A DNA stretch of 46,706 bases, filler included, from Pseudogymnoascus verrucosus (GCA_001662655.1; 25 parts of 25 records of this genome joined end to end with filler, not necessarily neighbours in it); one strand, 5' to 3'. Shown: positions 23,760 through 36,743, counted from the whole stretch's first letter. Made by a program: numbers and translations. Notes: a model not told the origin generated them from the letters alone.

Positions 23760-24908
23760 GGTGTGGTGGGTGTAGTGTGGGGTTGGTGCATTCGCTGGGT
23801 CTGGTGGTTCTGCTGCTGCTGGATTGTAGTCGCTGTAGTCGTAGTCGTCGGTCGGTTCGGAGTGCTGGAGAAATGAGAGTGTTAGAGGAGGGATTGTTCA
23901 GGACATTGTTGTAAAGTTGCGGAGGTTGTAGGAAGGAAGATATGGGTGTGGTGTGGGGGGGATGGGGTCGGTGGGTATTTTTGTGGAGGTGGACCACCTT
24001 GCTTGGACTTCTTACCGTGAGATACCGACTGGGTGTTTGCGCCGGCGGGATGGCTGTCGGTCTGTCTGTCTGGCTGGCTGGCTAGTAATGGGCTGTGCAC
24101 AAGCCAAAGGTCGAGATCTTCGCGGTGGAGACGCAGGGTCAGCTCACGCAGGTACGGTGGGGATTTGATGGTGGTGGAGGTACCTTTTAGTGTAGTGGGA
24201 TGTACTTTGGCGGGCTAGTGTAGTGTAGTCGAAGTAAGGACAGAGCCTGGACTGGGTTGTCAACTCAACACCGGATGGAAGATGACGGGTTTGAAGTGAC
24301 GGCGTTGATTACGACGGCGAGGTAAGGTGTGTAGAGATTAGAAGAGGTGAAGTTGTAGAAGTGTAGGTGAGGTTAGGAATTGGATTAATTGTACTGTCTG
24401 TTAAGAATTCACTGTAATAGCAGATGGCACGGGGACAGAATACGCGAAAACGCTAGTACTAAAGTGTTGGAAAGCTTAAAGGCGGTGGGTTGGACAGGTC
24501 TAGAAGGTGGTGTAGGTGCATAGGGGGAATGTCTAGGTAATGTCTAGGTAAGTAGAGTAGGAGAATAGATAATGCTAATGGGGATTTAAAGGGGAATGCT
24601 AACAGGGATTTAAAGGGGATGATGCTAAAGGGGATTGTTAAAGGGGATGTTTAACACACACTGACGTGTGACCGTTGATAGAAGGTCTCAGGCGAGTAAG
24701 TCGTCACTTACTTACGGAACAAATATCCAATACTGATGCAATCAATACTGATTCAATATTTCCCTCTAAATCAGGATATACCCATGCTCCATGTACACAC
24801 CCTCGGNANNNNNNNNNNNNNNNNNNNNNNNNNNNNNNNNNNNNNNNNNNNNTTAATTAATTAANNNNNNNNNNNNNNNNNNNNNNNNNNNNNNNNNNNN
24901 NNNNNNNN

Positions 24909-26813
24909 TGGGCAGCAGAGAGAAGGGATGCGGCGATAGTTAAGTTACTACTCGAAAGGGACAGCGTCGACCCCGACTCGAAGGACAACAGTGGTCGCAC
25001 ACCGCTTTCGTGGGCGGTAAAGAGATGGGATGCGGCAATAGTTAATTTACTACTTAAACAGGGCAACGTCAACCCTGACTCGAAGGACAGCAGTGGTCGC
25101 ACACCGCTTTGGCAGGCGGCAGAGAGAAGGGATGTGGCGATAGTTAAGTTACTACTTGAACAGGGCAACGTCAACCCCGACTCGAAGGATAGCAGTAGTC
25201 GCACACCGCTTTTGTGGGCGGCAGGGAATAAGGAGGCGGCGATAGTTAAGTTACTACTTGAAAAGGGCAACGTCAACCCCAACTCGAAGGACAGCAGTGG
25301 TCGCACACCGCTTTCGTGGGCGGCAGGGAATAAGGATGTGGCGATAGTTCAGTTACTACTTAAAAGGGACGGCGTCGACCCCGACTTGAAGGACAGCAGT
25401 GGTCGCACACCGCTTTCGTGGGCGGTAGAGAAAGGGGATGCGGCGATAGTTGAGTTACTACTTGAAAAGGGCGACGTCAACCCCGACTCGAAGGACAGCA
25501 GTGGTCGCACACCGCTTTCGTGGGCGGCAGGGAATAAGGATGTGGCGATAGTTGAGTTACTACTCAAAAGGGACGGCGTCAACCCCGACTCGAAGGACAG
25601 CAGTGGTCGCACACCGCTTTCGTGGGCGGCAGAGAAAGGGGATGCGGCGATAGTTGAGTTACTACTCAAAAGGGACGGCGTCAACCCCGACTCGGAGGAC
25701 AGCAGTGGTCGCACACCGCTTTCGTGGGCGGCAGAGAAAGGGGATGCGGCGATAGTTGAGTTACTACTCGAAAGGGACGGCGTCGACCCCGACTCGAAGG
25801 ACAGCAGTGGTCGCACACCGCTTTCGTGGGCGGTGGAAAAGGGGTACGACAAAGTGGCAAGATTACTACTCGAAAAGGACAGTGTCGCGCCAGACTTAAA
25901 GGACAATAACGACCGGACGCCGCTCTTGTGGGCAGCAGGGAACGGGCGCGAGGCGATGATCAAAATGCTGCTTGCGACGAACAGAGTCGACCTAGATTCT
26001 AAGGACAAGAATGGTTGGACACCGCTGTTATGGGCAGCACGCCTTAGGATGGAGGATTTAGTGGAGGTACTGCTCACAAAGGATACTGTTGATCCGAATT
26101 CTAAGGATAATAATGGTTTCACACCGCTTTGGTGGGCGGTGGAAAAGGGGTACAACAAGGTATTAAGACTGCTGCTCGGAAAGGACGGCGTTGACCCGGA
26201 ATCGATGGACAGCAGTGGACGTACACTGCTTTCGCGGGCGGTAGAGAAAGGGTACGTGGCGATAGTTGAGTTACTACTCAAAAGGGACGGCGTCAATCCC
26301 AACTCGAAGGACACTAGTGGTCGNNNNNNNNNNNNNNNNNNNNNNNNNNNNNNNNNNNNNNNNNNNNNNNNNNNNNNNNNNNNNNNNNNNNNNNNNNNNN
26401 NNNNNNNNNNNNNNNNNNNNNNNNNNNNNNNNNNNNNNNNNNNNNNNNNNNNNNNNNNNNNNNNNNNNNNNNNNNNNNNNNNNNNNNNNNNNNNNNNNNN
26501 NNNNNNNNNNNNNNNNNNNNNNNNNAAAGGGACGGCGTCGACCCCGACTCGAAGGACAGCAGTGGTCGCACACCGCTTTCGTGGGCGGCAGAGAAAGGGG
26601 ATGCGGCGATAGTTGAGTTACTACTCGAAAGGGACGGCGTCAACCCCGACTCGAAGGACAGCAGTGGTCGCACACCGCTTTCGTGGGCGGCAGAGAAAGG
26701 GGATGCGGCGATAGTTAAGTTACTACTCAAAAGGGACGGCGTCAACCCCGACTCGAAGGACACTAGTGGTCGCACACCGCTTTCGTGGGCGGCAGAGAGA
26801 AGGGATGCAGCGA
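24909..26813 (+). CDS. Tandem ankyrin array (102-bp/34-aa units, about 17 visible); probable NLR sensor domain; both ends missing
   Basis: Open frame of repeated SGRTPLSWAA.KGDAAIVELLL.RDGVNPDSKD; internal gap 26324-26525. Confidence 0.88.
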
Positions 26814-26936
26814 NNNNNNNNNNNNNNNNNNNNNNNNNNNNNNNNNNNNNNNNNNNNTTAATTAATTAANNNNNNNNNNNNNNNNNNNNNNNNNNNNNNN
26901 NNNNNNNNNNNNNCCTCCCTCCCTCTCACCTCGACA

Positions 26937-28766
26937 ATGGCCTTCCACCCTGCACAGCCGTACGCCCTCCAGCAGCACCTCCGAGACGGCAGTATGGGAA
27001 TGGGCATGGGCAGGCAGCCGGGCTCGGCCGCGACGGACGCCTACGACGACTTTCTCGACCAGTATCTGACCTTTGAGGACACAGACGCTATGGGTGGTGG
27101 TGCCGCTGGGGCTGGCCCAGGCGCTGGCAATGGTGCAGGCGCCGCTTCCGCTGTGGTGGTGCATGCCCAGTCCTCGTCTTCGCCCTTCCTTCCTAGATCA
27201 GCGATGGGTGCACCACACTCGGAACCTTCTCCGCCGCGAGATACCGACGAACTGATACTACAATTCCCCCGACCCCCGCAGCAGTCGCCTCAGCACCAGA
27301 CCGCGGATGACCAACAGCAGCAGCAGGAAGACCGTGACCAGGACCATGAGAACGATCACGAGCACGAGCACCACCACCACCAGCAGCAGCAGCAACAACC
27401 ACAGCAAGCCTGGGCCTCATTTCCCCCGACTCATGCATCTCCGCCGCTGCGATCCAGTCGGGGACGCCGACAAACATTCGCCGAACATTGCAGCGCGCGA
27501 GCCACAATCTCCGATTCGGACCTTCTAAGTCTAGAAGGCATACATCTCAAATCCCCACGCTACCCGCCGTCACCACCACAGAACCCGCGTCCGTCCACTG
27601 CTAACACAGTCATCGGCACATCAAAGACACTTAATAGCAAAGCCAGCAAAGGCTCCCTCAGCGGCTCCGGACCCTCTCTCCGTAGAAAAAAGGCCTTCTC
27701 CCGCTCCTCATCGAATTTCCACGCCAAAGACCTCCCCGCCACCCCAAACACAGTCACAACCATCGACCCGCACATCCGCACCCCCAGCCGCTCCGCGAGC
27801 CGCGGCGCCATCCGGAAATCCGTATCCTCCATCAACATCTCCCCGGCGAAGATGCAGGCCCAGTCCGTCGCGGCGCTAGACGAATGGACGCAGCGCATGG
27901 CTGTCGCTGAAGCAGCAGCCTTCGAATTCGGCTTTGGACAGGGTTCTGGGATCCCAATGACGCCCCCGCCGAGCGCGAGGGTGAGCGACACGAGCAGTGC
28001 GAGTGAGCGCGAGATGGGCGGCGGTGGCGGCGGGTCGAGGAGTGCGTTGGCAATGAGCCACTCAAGGTCGCTGTCGCAGACGCAGCTTGCGGCGATGGGG
28101 GCGGCGATCGATCAGGGGAATTTACCGTGGACGAGGCCACCGCAACAGCAGCAGTTTACGGTTGTAAGGAATGGGAAAAAGTTGCATGCCCCTGCTGAGG
28201 TGGGGGAGATGAAGTTTGTGGATGCGTTTTCGTTGCCGTATGGGGTTGGGTGGGGCGGTGGGGATTTTGGCGGGGTGTTGCAGGGAACGGAGCAGCAGGA
28301 GGAGGAGGTGCACCAGCAGCAACAGCNNNNNNNNNNNNNNNNNNNNNNNNNNNNNNNNNNNNNNNNNNNNNNNNNNNNNNNNNNNNNNNNNNNNNNNNNG
28401 GTGGTCGCAGGAGAATCATGTTATTGAGATGGGGGATGATGGGAATGATGTCTCGCCGAGGCAAAGACTGCCTCATAAATCGCTCTCTGTGCAAATCGCA
28501 CCTTCAGGACCATGGGGAGGGGATGAAATGAACACCGACGTCGTCGATATTGACGTCGACCTGGACATCCCACCCTCGATGCCTACAGACACGAATGGCC
28601 ATGCGATGATGGCAATGTCGCCCTCAGGATCCCAAGTCTCACTTCAACAGATCCAGCAACATCAACAACAATTCCAGCAACAACACCAACAGCGCCAGCA
28701 ACAGCATCATCAACAACAACAGCAATTACAGCAGCAGCAACACCATCAGCAACAACACCAGCAAGC
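26937..28766 (+). CDS. wetA: WetA-like developmental regulator, Gln/Ser-rich, 3'-truncated
   Basis: Blocks DDFLDQYL, ISDSDLLSLEGIHLKSP and PMTPPPS match what I recall of WetA N-terminal motifs. The diagnostic C-terminal ESC1/WetA domain is not in the contig, so the name is tentative; the CDS itself is clear. Confidence 0.55.
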
Positions 28767-29879
28767 NNNNNNNNNNNNNNNNNNNNNNNNNNNNNNNNNN
28801 NNNNNNNNNNTTAATTAATTAANNNNNNNNNNNNNNNNNNNNNNNNNNNNNNNNNNNNNNNNNNNNGGGAGTGTAGGCACCACCCGTACGTGGATGGGAC
28901 TTATTTCAGCTGTTATTATTTTTTTTAGGGAGGGAGGGGTAGGTATGGGATATGCGGTTCGGAGACGCCGGATGAGAATGCGCATGGGGTTGTGAGGGAG
29001 GGGAGGAGGGAGTTTAAGGAGGGTTTTGAAGGGGATGGGTGCGAGGATGGGGTGGGGATGAGTATTTGTACGCGCGCTCCGTTATGCTCTCTTACAGCAG
29101 GACTCAATATACCGCTGTCTTCCCCCTTCATTACTAGTAAATCCCGATATGTAAAAGGTAAATAAATGAACGGTAGATTGAATGAAGTGAAGATGGATTT
29201 GATTGCTGAGAGTAGAGGTCTATCTATCTATATAAAAATAAAAACGGCTAAAAACTACTTAAATAAAAATATCAAAAAAATCTATTCCTAAAGTCTCAAA
29301 ACACACTTTCCTCCTACATCTCCTCCCCTTCATCAAAAAAGAAGTGAAAATATCGCAGCTATTCGCGTACATATATTCGAATCGAAACTGGGAAGCCCCC
29401 ATCGCTGGTGTACCCCGTGATGGGTGATTCTTCTCCGATCCAGTCCAACTCGACAGATACGATAACAAAAAACTAAATGTCAAAAAAATTAACGATAGTG
29501 TCAAGAAAACTCGTGGTGCATCGTTGTCGGTCGTTTGAGGTGCGTCGTGGGTGTATTAGTACACGCGCCCGGCGGCGCGGTTGGGTGTGTCTTGTCTGTC
29601 TGTCTGTCTCTCTCTCAGTCTCTACCACCTCATTCTGCCTCAGTGACTGTGTATCCTCCTCTCTGTCCTGACATCCAATCTCCCTCCTTGGAGCTCTGGC
29701 TAGCGAGTGTATGCCAGCGGGCGTGTCTCTGCCCGCATATCTTCAGCGAATTGGCTAGCGAATGTCCGTATCTCATATGAGAAAATCCCTCCTTACATCT
29801 CGTCCACCTCTTTAAAAAAGCGAGTGTCCTTTCCCTCATCCTTCCTAACCCCTTGATCAAAATAACGACTTCCCACTTT

Positions 29880-30535
29880 CTATCTCGAATCGCTCCCCCG
29901 ACTATTCCCGCTCCCCCCCCTCCCAGCTCCATCATACTCATAGAAACTATAATCGCGACTCCCCTGCCTCGAGCCCCCCTGCGTCGCCTTGCCCCTCTCG
30001 ACAATATGGCGCATGCTCGGTCCACCCCAGGGGAGACCAGAGAGATCGGACTCGAGACCGAGGTCGTCCGGGTCGGGGCTGGTGTAGGAGTAGCCCGCGT
30101 GGAGCTGGTTCTCTGCGTCGCGGTCGCGGGATTCCTTTTGGTCTTTTGCTTTTTCGCCTGTGGAAACGTAACAGTCAGTTCTCATTGCCTCTCGCTTAGA
30201 AATGATAAAAATGTAAAGAAATATTGGGACATACGAAACTTCCTCTGCGCCAACCGATTCTGAATCCTCCTCCTCTCATCCGGCTCATTCACACCACTCC
30301 AATCATCCTTTTGCGCCTTCTTCCCCCCCGTCTTCACGCTACTGCTAGCCTTCGAATTCCCCTTCGAGCTCGCGCTCTTCCCGCTCGATCCCCCCTCACG
30401 CTTCTCTCTACGATCAGACATTTCCGTCTCGGTGCTAGATCCCGATGAAGAGGACTCGGACGGCGATGGCGGCGAACAGGTCGGCGACTTGATGACAATG
30501 AGTGGTGGGCTGGTGGCTTGCTGCTGCTGCTGCTG
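29880..30535 (-). CDS. bZIP-type transcription factor, 5'-truncated
   Basis: DDWSGVNEPDERRRIQNRLAQRKFR, intron 30158-30234, EKAKDQKE..GLPWGGPSMRH; stop at 29880. Confidence 0.85.
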
Positions 30536-30635
30536 NNNNNNNNNNNNNNNNNNNNNNNNNNNNNNNNNNNNNNNNNNNNTTAATTAATTAANNNNNNNNN
30601 NNNNNNNNNNNNNNNNNNNNNNNNNNNNNNNNNNN

Positions 30636-30820
30636 AGATAAACATCATATGTCCGGAGTATCTTGTCACTCTCAATACTCTCCCCTGTCTTGGTATCCCC
30701 TTTAAAGTCTTGGACAATCCCGCATCCCCCAACGGCATGCGACCGTATAACCGCTGCAGCGGCAGACTCAGCGGCGAACAGGAGCAATGCCGCGCCCGCT
30801 AGTGGCTTGGTGAAGATCAT
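30636..30820 (-). CDS. N-terminus of a secreted protein, probably a CE1/feruloyl-esterase-like hydrolase
   Basis: Signal peptide, then GGCG..SIES....RTYDVY; only about 61 aa visible. Confidence 0.5.
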
Positions 30821-31826
30821 TTTATCGAGGTGGGAGGGTGTGTTCTGAAACCCAAAATTGAATTAAAGTGCGGCTGGGCAAGTTATGCGCAAACAACAAC
30901 CAGCGCAGGGAATCCTCAAAGAGCTTATATGCGCCCCCGCGTTCACACACTCCGCCCCATGACGGTCGGCGAAGTCGTTCACCGGCTATACCGGCACCTC
31001 CTCATGCGGTAAGATGTGTCTCAGACGATCTTTGGTGTCGCATTGGGTGATATTCCGTCAGGTCATCTTGGGATAACCACCAAGGTTTGTCGTGGACTCG
31101 GGCAGGACCGATGGCATCGAGGGATACGATAAACGGAAATGTGGGGGAAATGAGGGGGGATGCGAGGCTGGGGGAGAGATCACTGCTGCTTCTGTCGAGG
31201 CGTGGCTGATGGCGGGCAGATCTCGTATCTCCGAATAGAGGTGGGGCAACGGTTTGCGTAGGCGGAAAAGGCCGGGCGAAGGCAGGCCGATCCCCTCCGT
31301 TTACTCCGTAAGTTTATAGCGGCCCGATTTAAGTCGGCGAACTTCCGAAAGTTATTGCATCCTAACGGATTTTCCCTGGCTACCACAGAAACAACCTCTT
31401 AGAGTCCTCTAGTTAGCCAATAAGTCTGTTCATTATATCTGATTTGGTTTTATTTGAAACAAGTGCCGGTACCACTAGGAAAAAGGCATCTCGCCCCTGA
31501 ACAAAGTATATTTAGGGTTATCTAGGAGCTTTCTCGACGAGATGAATTATGTCAGCGGACCGCTTACGTAGACATAAGTGCCGCTCTTTGCCCAGAGCAC
31601 TATTAATGCTTGACCGTGCTCTTGGTTTGGGTGGGTCCAAAAAATGGGGTGTTCCTTCTCCCCATCCTTCTCCATATGGTGACCTGTGGGTGCGGGGAGT
31701 CAACCTGGAGAGGAGATTCGAAGCTCTGCTTAAAAGCTCTATCCTTTCTCACATGGACCCTATTGGCTTGTGCTCTATTTACATTCGTTCACGTCCGTTT
31801 ATGAGTCGTGATATGCGAACGCCCCC

Positions 31827-32079
31827 CAGTGTTCGGCGGATCGTATCCAGATCTGATCCGCAGCTGTCACGGATAGGATCATGATCCGGCCAACATTTGA
31901 CGGATAGATACGGGTTATATCCGGATCTTCAGGATATTGAGGCTCAAAATCTATAAATTGCCTAATATAAAAATAAACGTATAGCTGATAGCCAATTTGT
32001 CTAGTCCTCCCCCTCATCATCAGCGTCTTCAGCTCCGCTATCTTCAATCTCTAGTATATGACCCCAATCTCTTAGACAT
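31827..32079 (-). mobile_element. Right end of a hAT-type transposon
   Basis: Terminus CAGTGTTCGGCGGATC with many subterminal GATCC(G)/CGGAT motifs. The minus strand reads CLRDW..acidic tail*, like a hAT dimerisation-domain end. Confidence 0.65.
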
Positions 32080-32179
32080 NNNNNNNNNNNNNNNNNNNNN
32101 NNNNNNNNNNNNNNNNNNNNNNNTTAATTAATTAANNNNNNNNNNNNNNNNNNNNNNNNNNNNNNNNNNNNNNNNNNNN

Positions 32180-32980
32180 CATTCAACAGCAGACACCCAT
32201 TCCTGTCGGCTAGGATGAGCTTGAAATCGCGTACGGAGCGTAGAGTCGACTATAATTCGTGTAGATTGCATAGTTCCAATCGAAAATCCAGTTTCATCCA
32301 TATTGTAGGTGTTGTAGTTTTCGATTTTTAGCTCTGTTATAAGGCTTTTATACGCGTCAAACCACCCCTTCAACACCTGCTTTGTTACCCCATTCATCCT
32401 TTGTGCCTCAACTCTACGTCCTAACTTAACACGTAAGTTAGGATGCCTTTGAATGAATCGTGGCACCCACTCTTGCCCAAGAGGTAACTTAGGTATTTGA
32501 GGTTGTTGAGTTTGAGGTTGTTGAGTTTGAGGTTGTTGTTGTTGTTGTTGTTGTTGAGGCTGAAAAACGCGACACTTATTTGACCGGACTTCATCTGCAA
32601 CCTCCTGTAATATCCGATGGCTAGGAGCGTAGCCGCTTGCAGTAAGCTCTTTAATCCACTTTAGAAGTGTTTGCTCTTGATTTTTTGTAAGGAGTTGCTG
32701 TTGTTGTCGCGCTTCCTTACACGTCTGCCCTCCATTTAAGCGTGTCTGTACTGTATATGTCCGAAGCCCTAAAGCCTTTGCAGCAGCATAGGAAGATTTA
32801 TATAATCCGGATTTTATTCCAATGACTGCCTCAGCTAATAGATTATTGCGTTCTTGAGCCTTTAAACTGCTCTTGCGTACCATATTTATAATATAATTAA
32901 TGGGTTGGTGAGTTTAATGGGGTAGTTCCAACCCCACTATGCCGGTTACGCCATTGTGCCGGTTACGCCATGACTTACGT
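32180..32980 (-). mobile_element. Left part of a pogo transposon (TIR TGGCGTAACCGGC) with an uninterrupted transposase ORF from 32883
   Basis: psq HTH + CENP-B HTH + YNMDETGF, no stops in about 234 codons; TIR ends at 32980|TA. Confidence 0.92.
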
Positions 32981-33194
32981 TACTTAACGAAAATAGCATA
33001 CACTCTAGCAAATTTAGCTATAATAAATAGGGATATAAAGAGTAATAGTCTAAGAGGATTAAGCGTTATAAGCATTATTACAAAAGTTATTAACGTTTTA
33101 ATTTTGATCGTGTGACCTTGGTTTTGGTGGGGTGCGGGTGGCTCTAACAAAGCGTCCCGTTACGCCATCCGTCCCGTTACGCCACGACTTACGT
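32981..33194. mobile_element. MITE half, TIR core TGGCGTAACGGGACG
   Basis: ..cgtcccgttacgccatccgtcccgttacgccacgacttacgt; interior related to the 11863 MITE. Confidence 0.75.
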
Positions 33195-33390
33195 TGGGGT
33201 CCGCTAGGCTATTCTTCTTGAAATTAATAGTCATGAAGGTGACTGCTTTGCACTATTTCCGGAATATATACAGAGAATGAAGACCTCTAATCCAAATAAT
33301 TAAGTCCTACTCCAAATAGTAGATGAAGAAGATAACAATAACAACATACGTAATAACTTAAGACGATTTAAGGCAATTGCTTTTGCACTA

Positions 33391-33617
33391 ACGTAAGTCG
33401 TGGCCTAATGGCACCAATGGCCTACTGGCACTAGTGGGGTTAGGCCGACCCCATCAAAGCTTCAAAAAATTGCAATAATTCAATTACTACCACCCTAATT
33501 CATCTATATCATCATCAGAAGGCTCTTCTTCGCTCTCTTCATCCATTTCCTCAATTATAGCTTCGTTTATAGGTCGTAGCGTTGTTCTAGGCCTCTGTGA
33601 AGCTATGGCTGTTGCTG
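33391..33617 (-). mobile_element. Right end of a pogo transposon, TIR core TGGCCTA(A/C)TGGCAC
   Basis: ..DDIDELGW* then the TIR; TA flank. Confidence 0.88.
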
Positions 33618-33717
33618 NNNNNNNNNNNNNNNNNNNNNNNNNNNNNNNNNNNNNNNNNNNNTTAATTAATTAANNNNNNNNNNNNNNNNNNNNNNNNNNN
33701 NNNNNNNNNNNNNNNNN

Positions 33718-35136
33718 TACCTAACCAGCTATTGTCAAAAAATCAGGAAATTGTCCTCTTAAAGTGGATTAAGGAGCTTACTGCAAGTGGCTACGCTCCT
33801 AGCCATCGGATATTACGTGAGGTTGCAGACGAAGTTCAGTCAAATAAGTGTCGCGTTTTTCAGCCTCAACACCTACAACTACAACAACAACCTCAAACTC
33901 AACAACCTCAAATACCTAACTTACCTCTTAGGCAAGAGTGGGTGCCACGATTCATTCAAAGGCATCCTAACTTACGTGTTAAGTTAGGACGTAGAGTTGA
34001 GGCACAAAGGATGAATAGGGTTACAAAGCAGGTGTTAAAGGGGTGGTTTAACGCGTATAAGAGCCTTACAATAGAGCTAAAAATCGAAAACTACAACACC
34101 TATAATATGGATGAAACTAGATTTTCAATTGGAACTATGCAATCTACACGAATTATAGTTGACTCTACGCTCTGTACGCGATTTCAAGCTCATCCTAGCC
34201 GACAGGAATGGGTGTCTGCTGTTGAATGCATTTGCATGGATGGAACAGCTATTGAGCCCCTTATTATATTTAAGGGCCAGAACATCCTACAAAGCTAGAT
34301 TCCAAAGGAGGTTATACAAAAATGGCACTTCTCTGCAAATACAAAAGGATAGACAAGCAATCTTCATGGATTAGAGTAGCTAAAACGCGTTTTTAAGCCC
34401 TCTACAAGAGCAAAAGCAACACAAAATGGAAAACTACAACAACGGCTCCTTATTTGCAATGGTCATGATAGCCATATAAGTGGAAGCTTTATATCACACT
34501 ATATTCAAAATCGAATATCGCTCCTTATAATACCTCCTCATACATCTTATGTTCTACAGCCACTTGATGTTGCGATTTTTGGACCTTTAAAGAAACACCT
34601 TACAACAGCCCTCTCACACCTAAATGAAGCACAACTACTACGTATATAGAAGTCGGAATGGATAGAGGCATACATTACTACAAGAGCAGCTGCTTTTTCA
34701 AATGTAAATATCACTTCTGCTTAGAGAGGGAGTGGGCTACAGCCATTTCAACCACAAACAGTCATTCGGGCAGCTACGCTTCCTACAACAGACGTTATAT
34801 TAGAACGGCCACATACTCCTATAGAGCATGATATTTTTAAGAAGGTATTCTTAAACAGTAGTCCACCTGATTTTAATACTCTTCAAAAAGCGAACTCTAT
34901 GCTCTCTTCTACAATAAGTCAGAGTGTTTTGAATACTCCTACAAAGCAATATATCAATAAGTTAGCAGATGAGTTAGAACGCCTTAATACACGCAACACC
35001 CTTTAGAAAAGAGAGTGTAATAACTTACGTTCAATTATCCAGAAGCGAAGAACATAGAATAAGGGTAAAAGAGCAGTTTTAAAGGGTCAATTCCACATCT
35101 CAACAGAGGAGTTACAGTCGCAAGTTATAGAAGCAG
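33718..35136 (+). pseudogene. pogo transposase body (CENP-B HTH + DDE), RIP-inactivated
   Basis: NMDETRF, LLICNGHDSH, HTSYVLQPLDVAIFGPLK; TGG>TAG and CAG>TAG stops. Confidence 0.92.
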
Positions 35137-35236
35137 NNNNNNNNNNNNNNNNNNNNNNNNNNNNNNNNNNNNNNNNNNNNTTAATTAATTAANNNNNNNN
35201 NNNNNNNNNNNNNNNNNNNNNNNNNNNNNNNNNNNN

Positions 35237-35443
35237 ATTATTACAAATTAAACCCTAATGTATGCATATATAAAGAGTAATAATATAAGAGGATTAAGCT
35301 TTATAACAGTTAATTAAAAAGTTATTAAGGTTTTAATTTTAGTCACATGACGTGGATTTTGGTGTGGTTTCTAGAATAGCCCTTTAGGCCATGTAGCCCT
35401 TTAGGCCATGACCTACGTTAGCCGGTTACACCACGACCTACGT
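35237..35443. mobile_element. CCTAAAGGG-type MITE end (to 35418) inserted in the TIR of another element (remnant to 35443)
   Basis: ..catgacctacgt|ta gccggttacaccacgacctacgt|ta. Confidence 0.85.
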
Positions 35444-35527
35444 TAAGTCTTAGAAGGAAAAAACTTGTCTATTTCTAAAGGTCTAATTCTATGTTCGTAT
35501 AAAGGGAAAACCCTTTGTATAAATATA

Positions 35528-35740
35528 TGTTAGAGTGGCAACGCACATAACAACAGTATTACGTGTAAACAAACGAACAACAACTTATGTGATAACTTAG
35601 AACATAGGTGTAGAAGGTACAGCTCATGTAATAACTTAGAACACATGTAGAATAGTACGCTACTAGGTTTATACGAAAGGAAAACCCTTTGTATGAACAT
35701 ATGAACATAGAATTAGACCATTAGAAATAGACAAGTTTTT
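35528..35740 (+). repeat. LTR-like repeat starting TGTTAGAGTGGCAACGCAC
   Basis: Shared with 16048 and 38617-38747; a TG start is typical of LTRs, but no CA end or internal domain is seen. Confidence 0.5.
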
Positions 35741-35873
35741 TGTTAGAGTTTATAAACCAACCTAAGACTACTACAAGTATAGGCGTTCTACCTTTGCATA
35801 ATTTAATGGTTTTGACAGTTATGAGCCTAGAATATAGCATTACATAACATGTAGGCTGCTTTTGTCATAAACT

Positions 35874-35933
35874 TCACACTTTGTACAAACGAGCGACACT
35901 TCGTATAAACGAGCAATACTTTGTATAAACGAG
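35874..35933. mobile_element. Probable end of a different TA-targeting element: three 20-bp units ACTT(T/C)GTA(C/T)AAACGAG
   Basis: The array stops at a TA inside pogo transposase sequence (..gag|TAtttttgaatagcag). Confidence 0.55.
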
Positions 35934-36338
35934 TATTTTTGAATAGCAGTCCACCTGATTTTCAAACACTTTATAAAGCAAATACAGTGCTCTTAACAGC
36001 CTTAAATCAAGGTGTTTTAAATACTCCTACAAAGCAATATATCAATAAGTTAGCAGATAAGTCAAAACGCCTTAATACACGCAACACCCTTTAGAAAAGA
36101 GAGTATGATAACTTACGCTCAATTATTTAGAAGCGTAGAGTATAGAATAAGGGTAAACGAGCAGTTTTAAAGGGTCAATTCCACATCTCAACAGAAGAAC
36201 TCTAGTCGCAAGTTATAGAAGTAGAAGCAGTAACAGCTATAGCTTCACAGAGGCCTAGAACAACGCCACGACCTATAAACGAGGCTATAATTAAGGAAAT
36301 AGATGAAGAGAGCGAAGAAGAGCCTTCTAATAATGATA
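35934..36338 (+). pseudogene. pogo transposase 3' fragment, RIP-mutated
   Basis: Matches the reverse complement of about 46205-46618. Confidence 0.85.
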
Positions 36339-36601
36339 ACGTAAGTCGTGGCGTAACCGGCACAATGGCGTAACCGGCATAATGTCACTTTACACTGAAC
36401 TTTGTATAGAAAGGTACTTACTTCTAATGATTTTTGAAATGATCATAACTTTTGCACTTTTGACTGTACAACTTAGCTCTTTTGTATGGTAATAGTACAC
36501 ATATTGTCCTATTATGTATAGAAGCTATAAAATATTCACGACGTTATTAAAAAAAGTTGATTTTTTTTGGTGAGGGAACAACACATGATTATGCCGGTTA
36601 C
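36339..36601. mobile_element. TGGCGTAACCGGC-type short MITE, cut by the contig end
   Basis: Inverted homolog of 12491-12768. Confidence 0.85.
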
Positions 36602-36704
36602 NNNNNNNNNNNNNNNNNNNNNNNNNNNNNNNNNNNNNNNNNNNNTTAATTAATTAANNNNNNNNNNNNNNNNNNNNNNNNNNNNNNNNNNNNNNNNNNN
36701 NGGG

Positions 36705-36743
<39 letters not shown>

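Noticed and set aside
24529..24650. Short degenerate repeats (tgtctaggtaa x2; aaggggat units)
   Set aside because: Low-complexity intergenic sequence with no other copies or structure in the window.
25349..26314. 321-aa antisense ORF, and similar shadow ORFs over the MFS, TRP1, glutaredoxin and NTase-ankyrin genes
   Set aside because: Reverse-frame or alternate-frame by-products of real or repetitive coding sequence.
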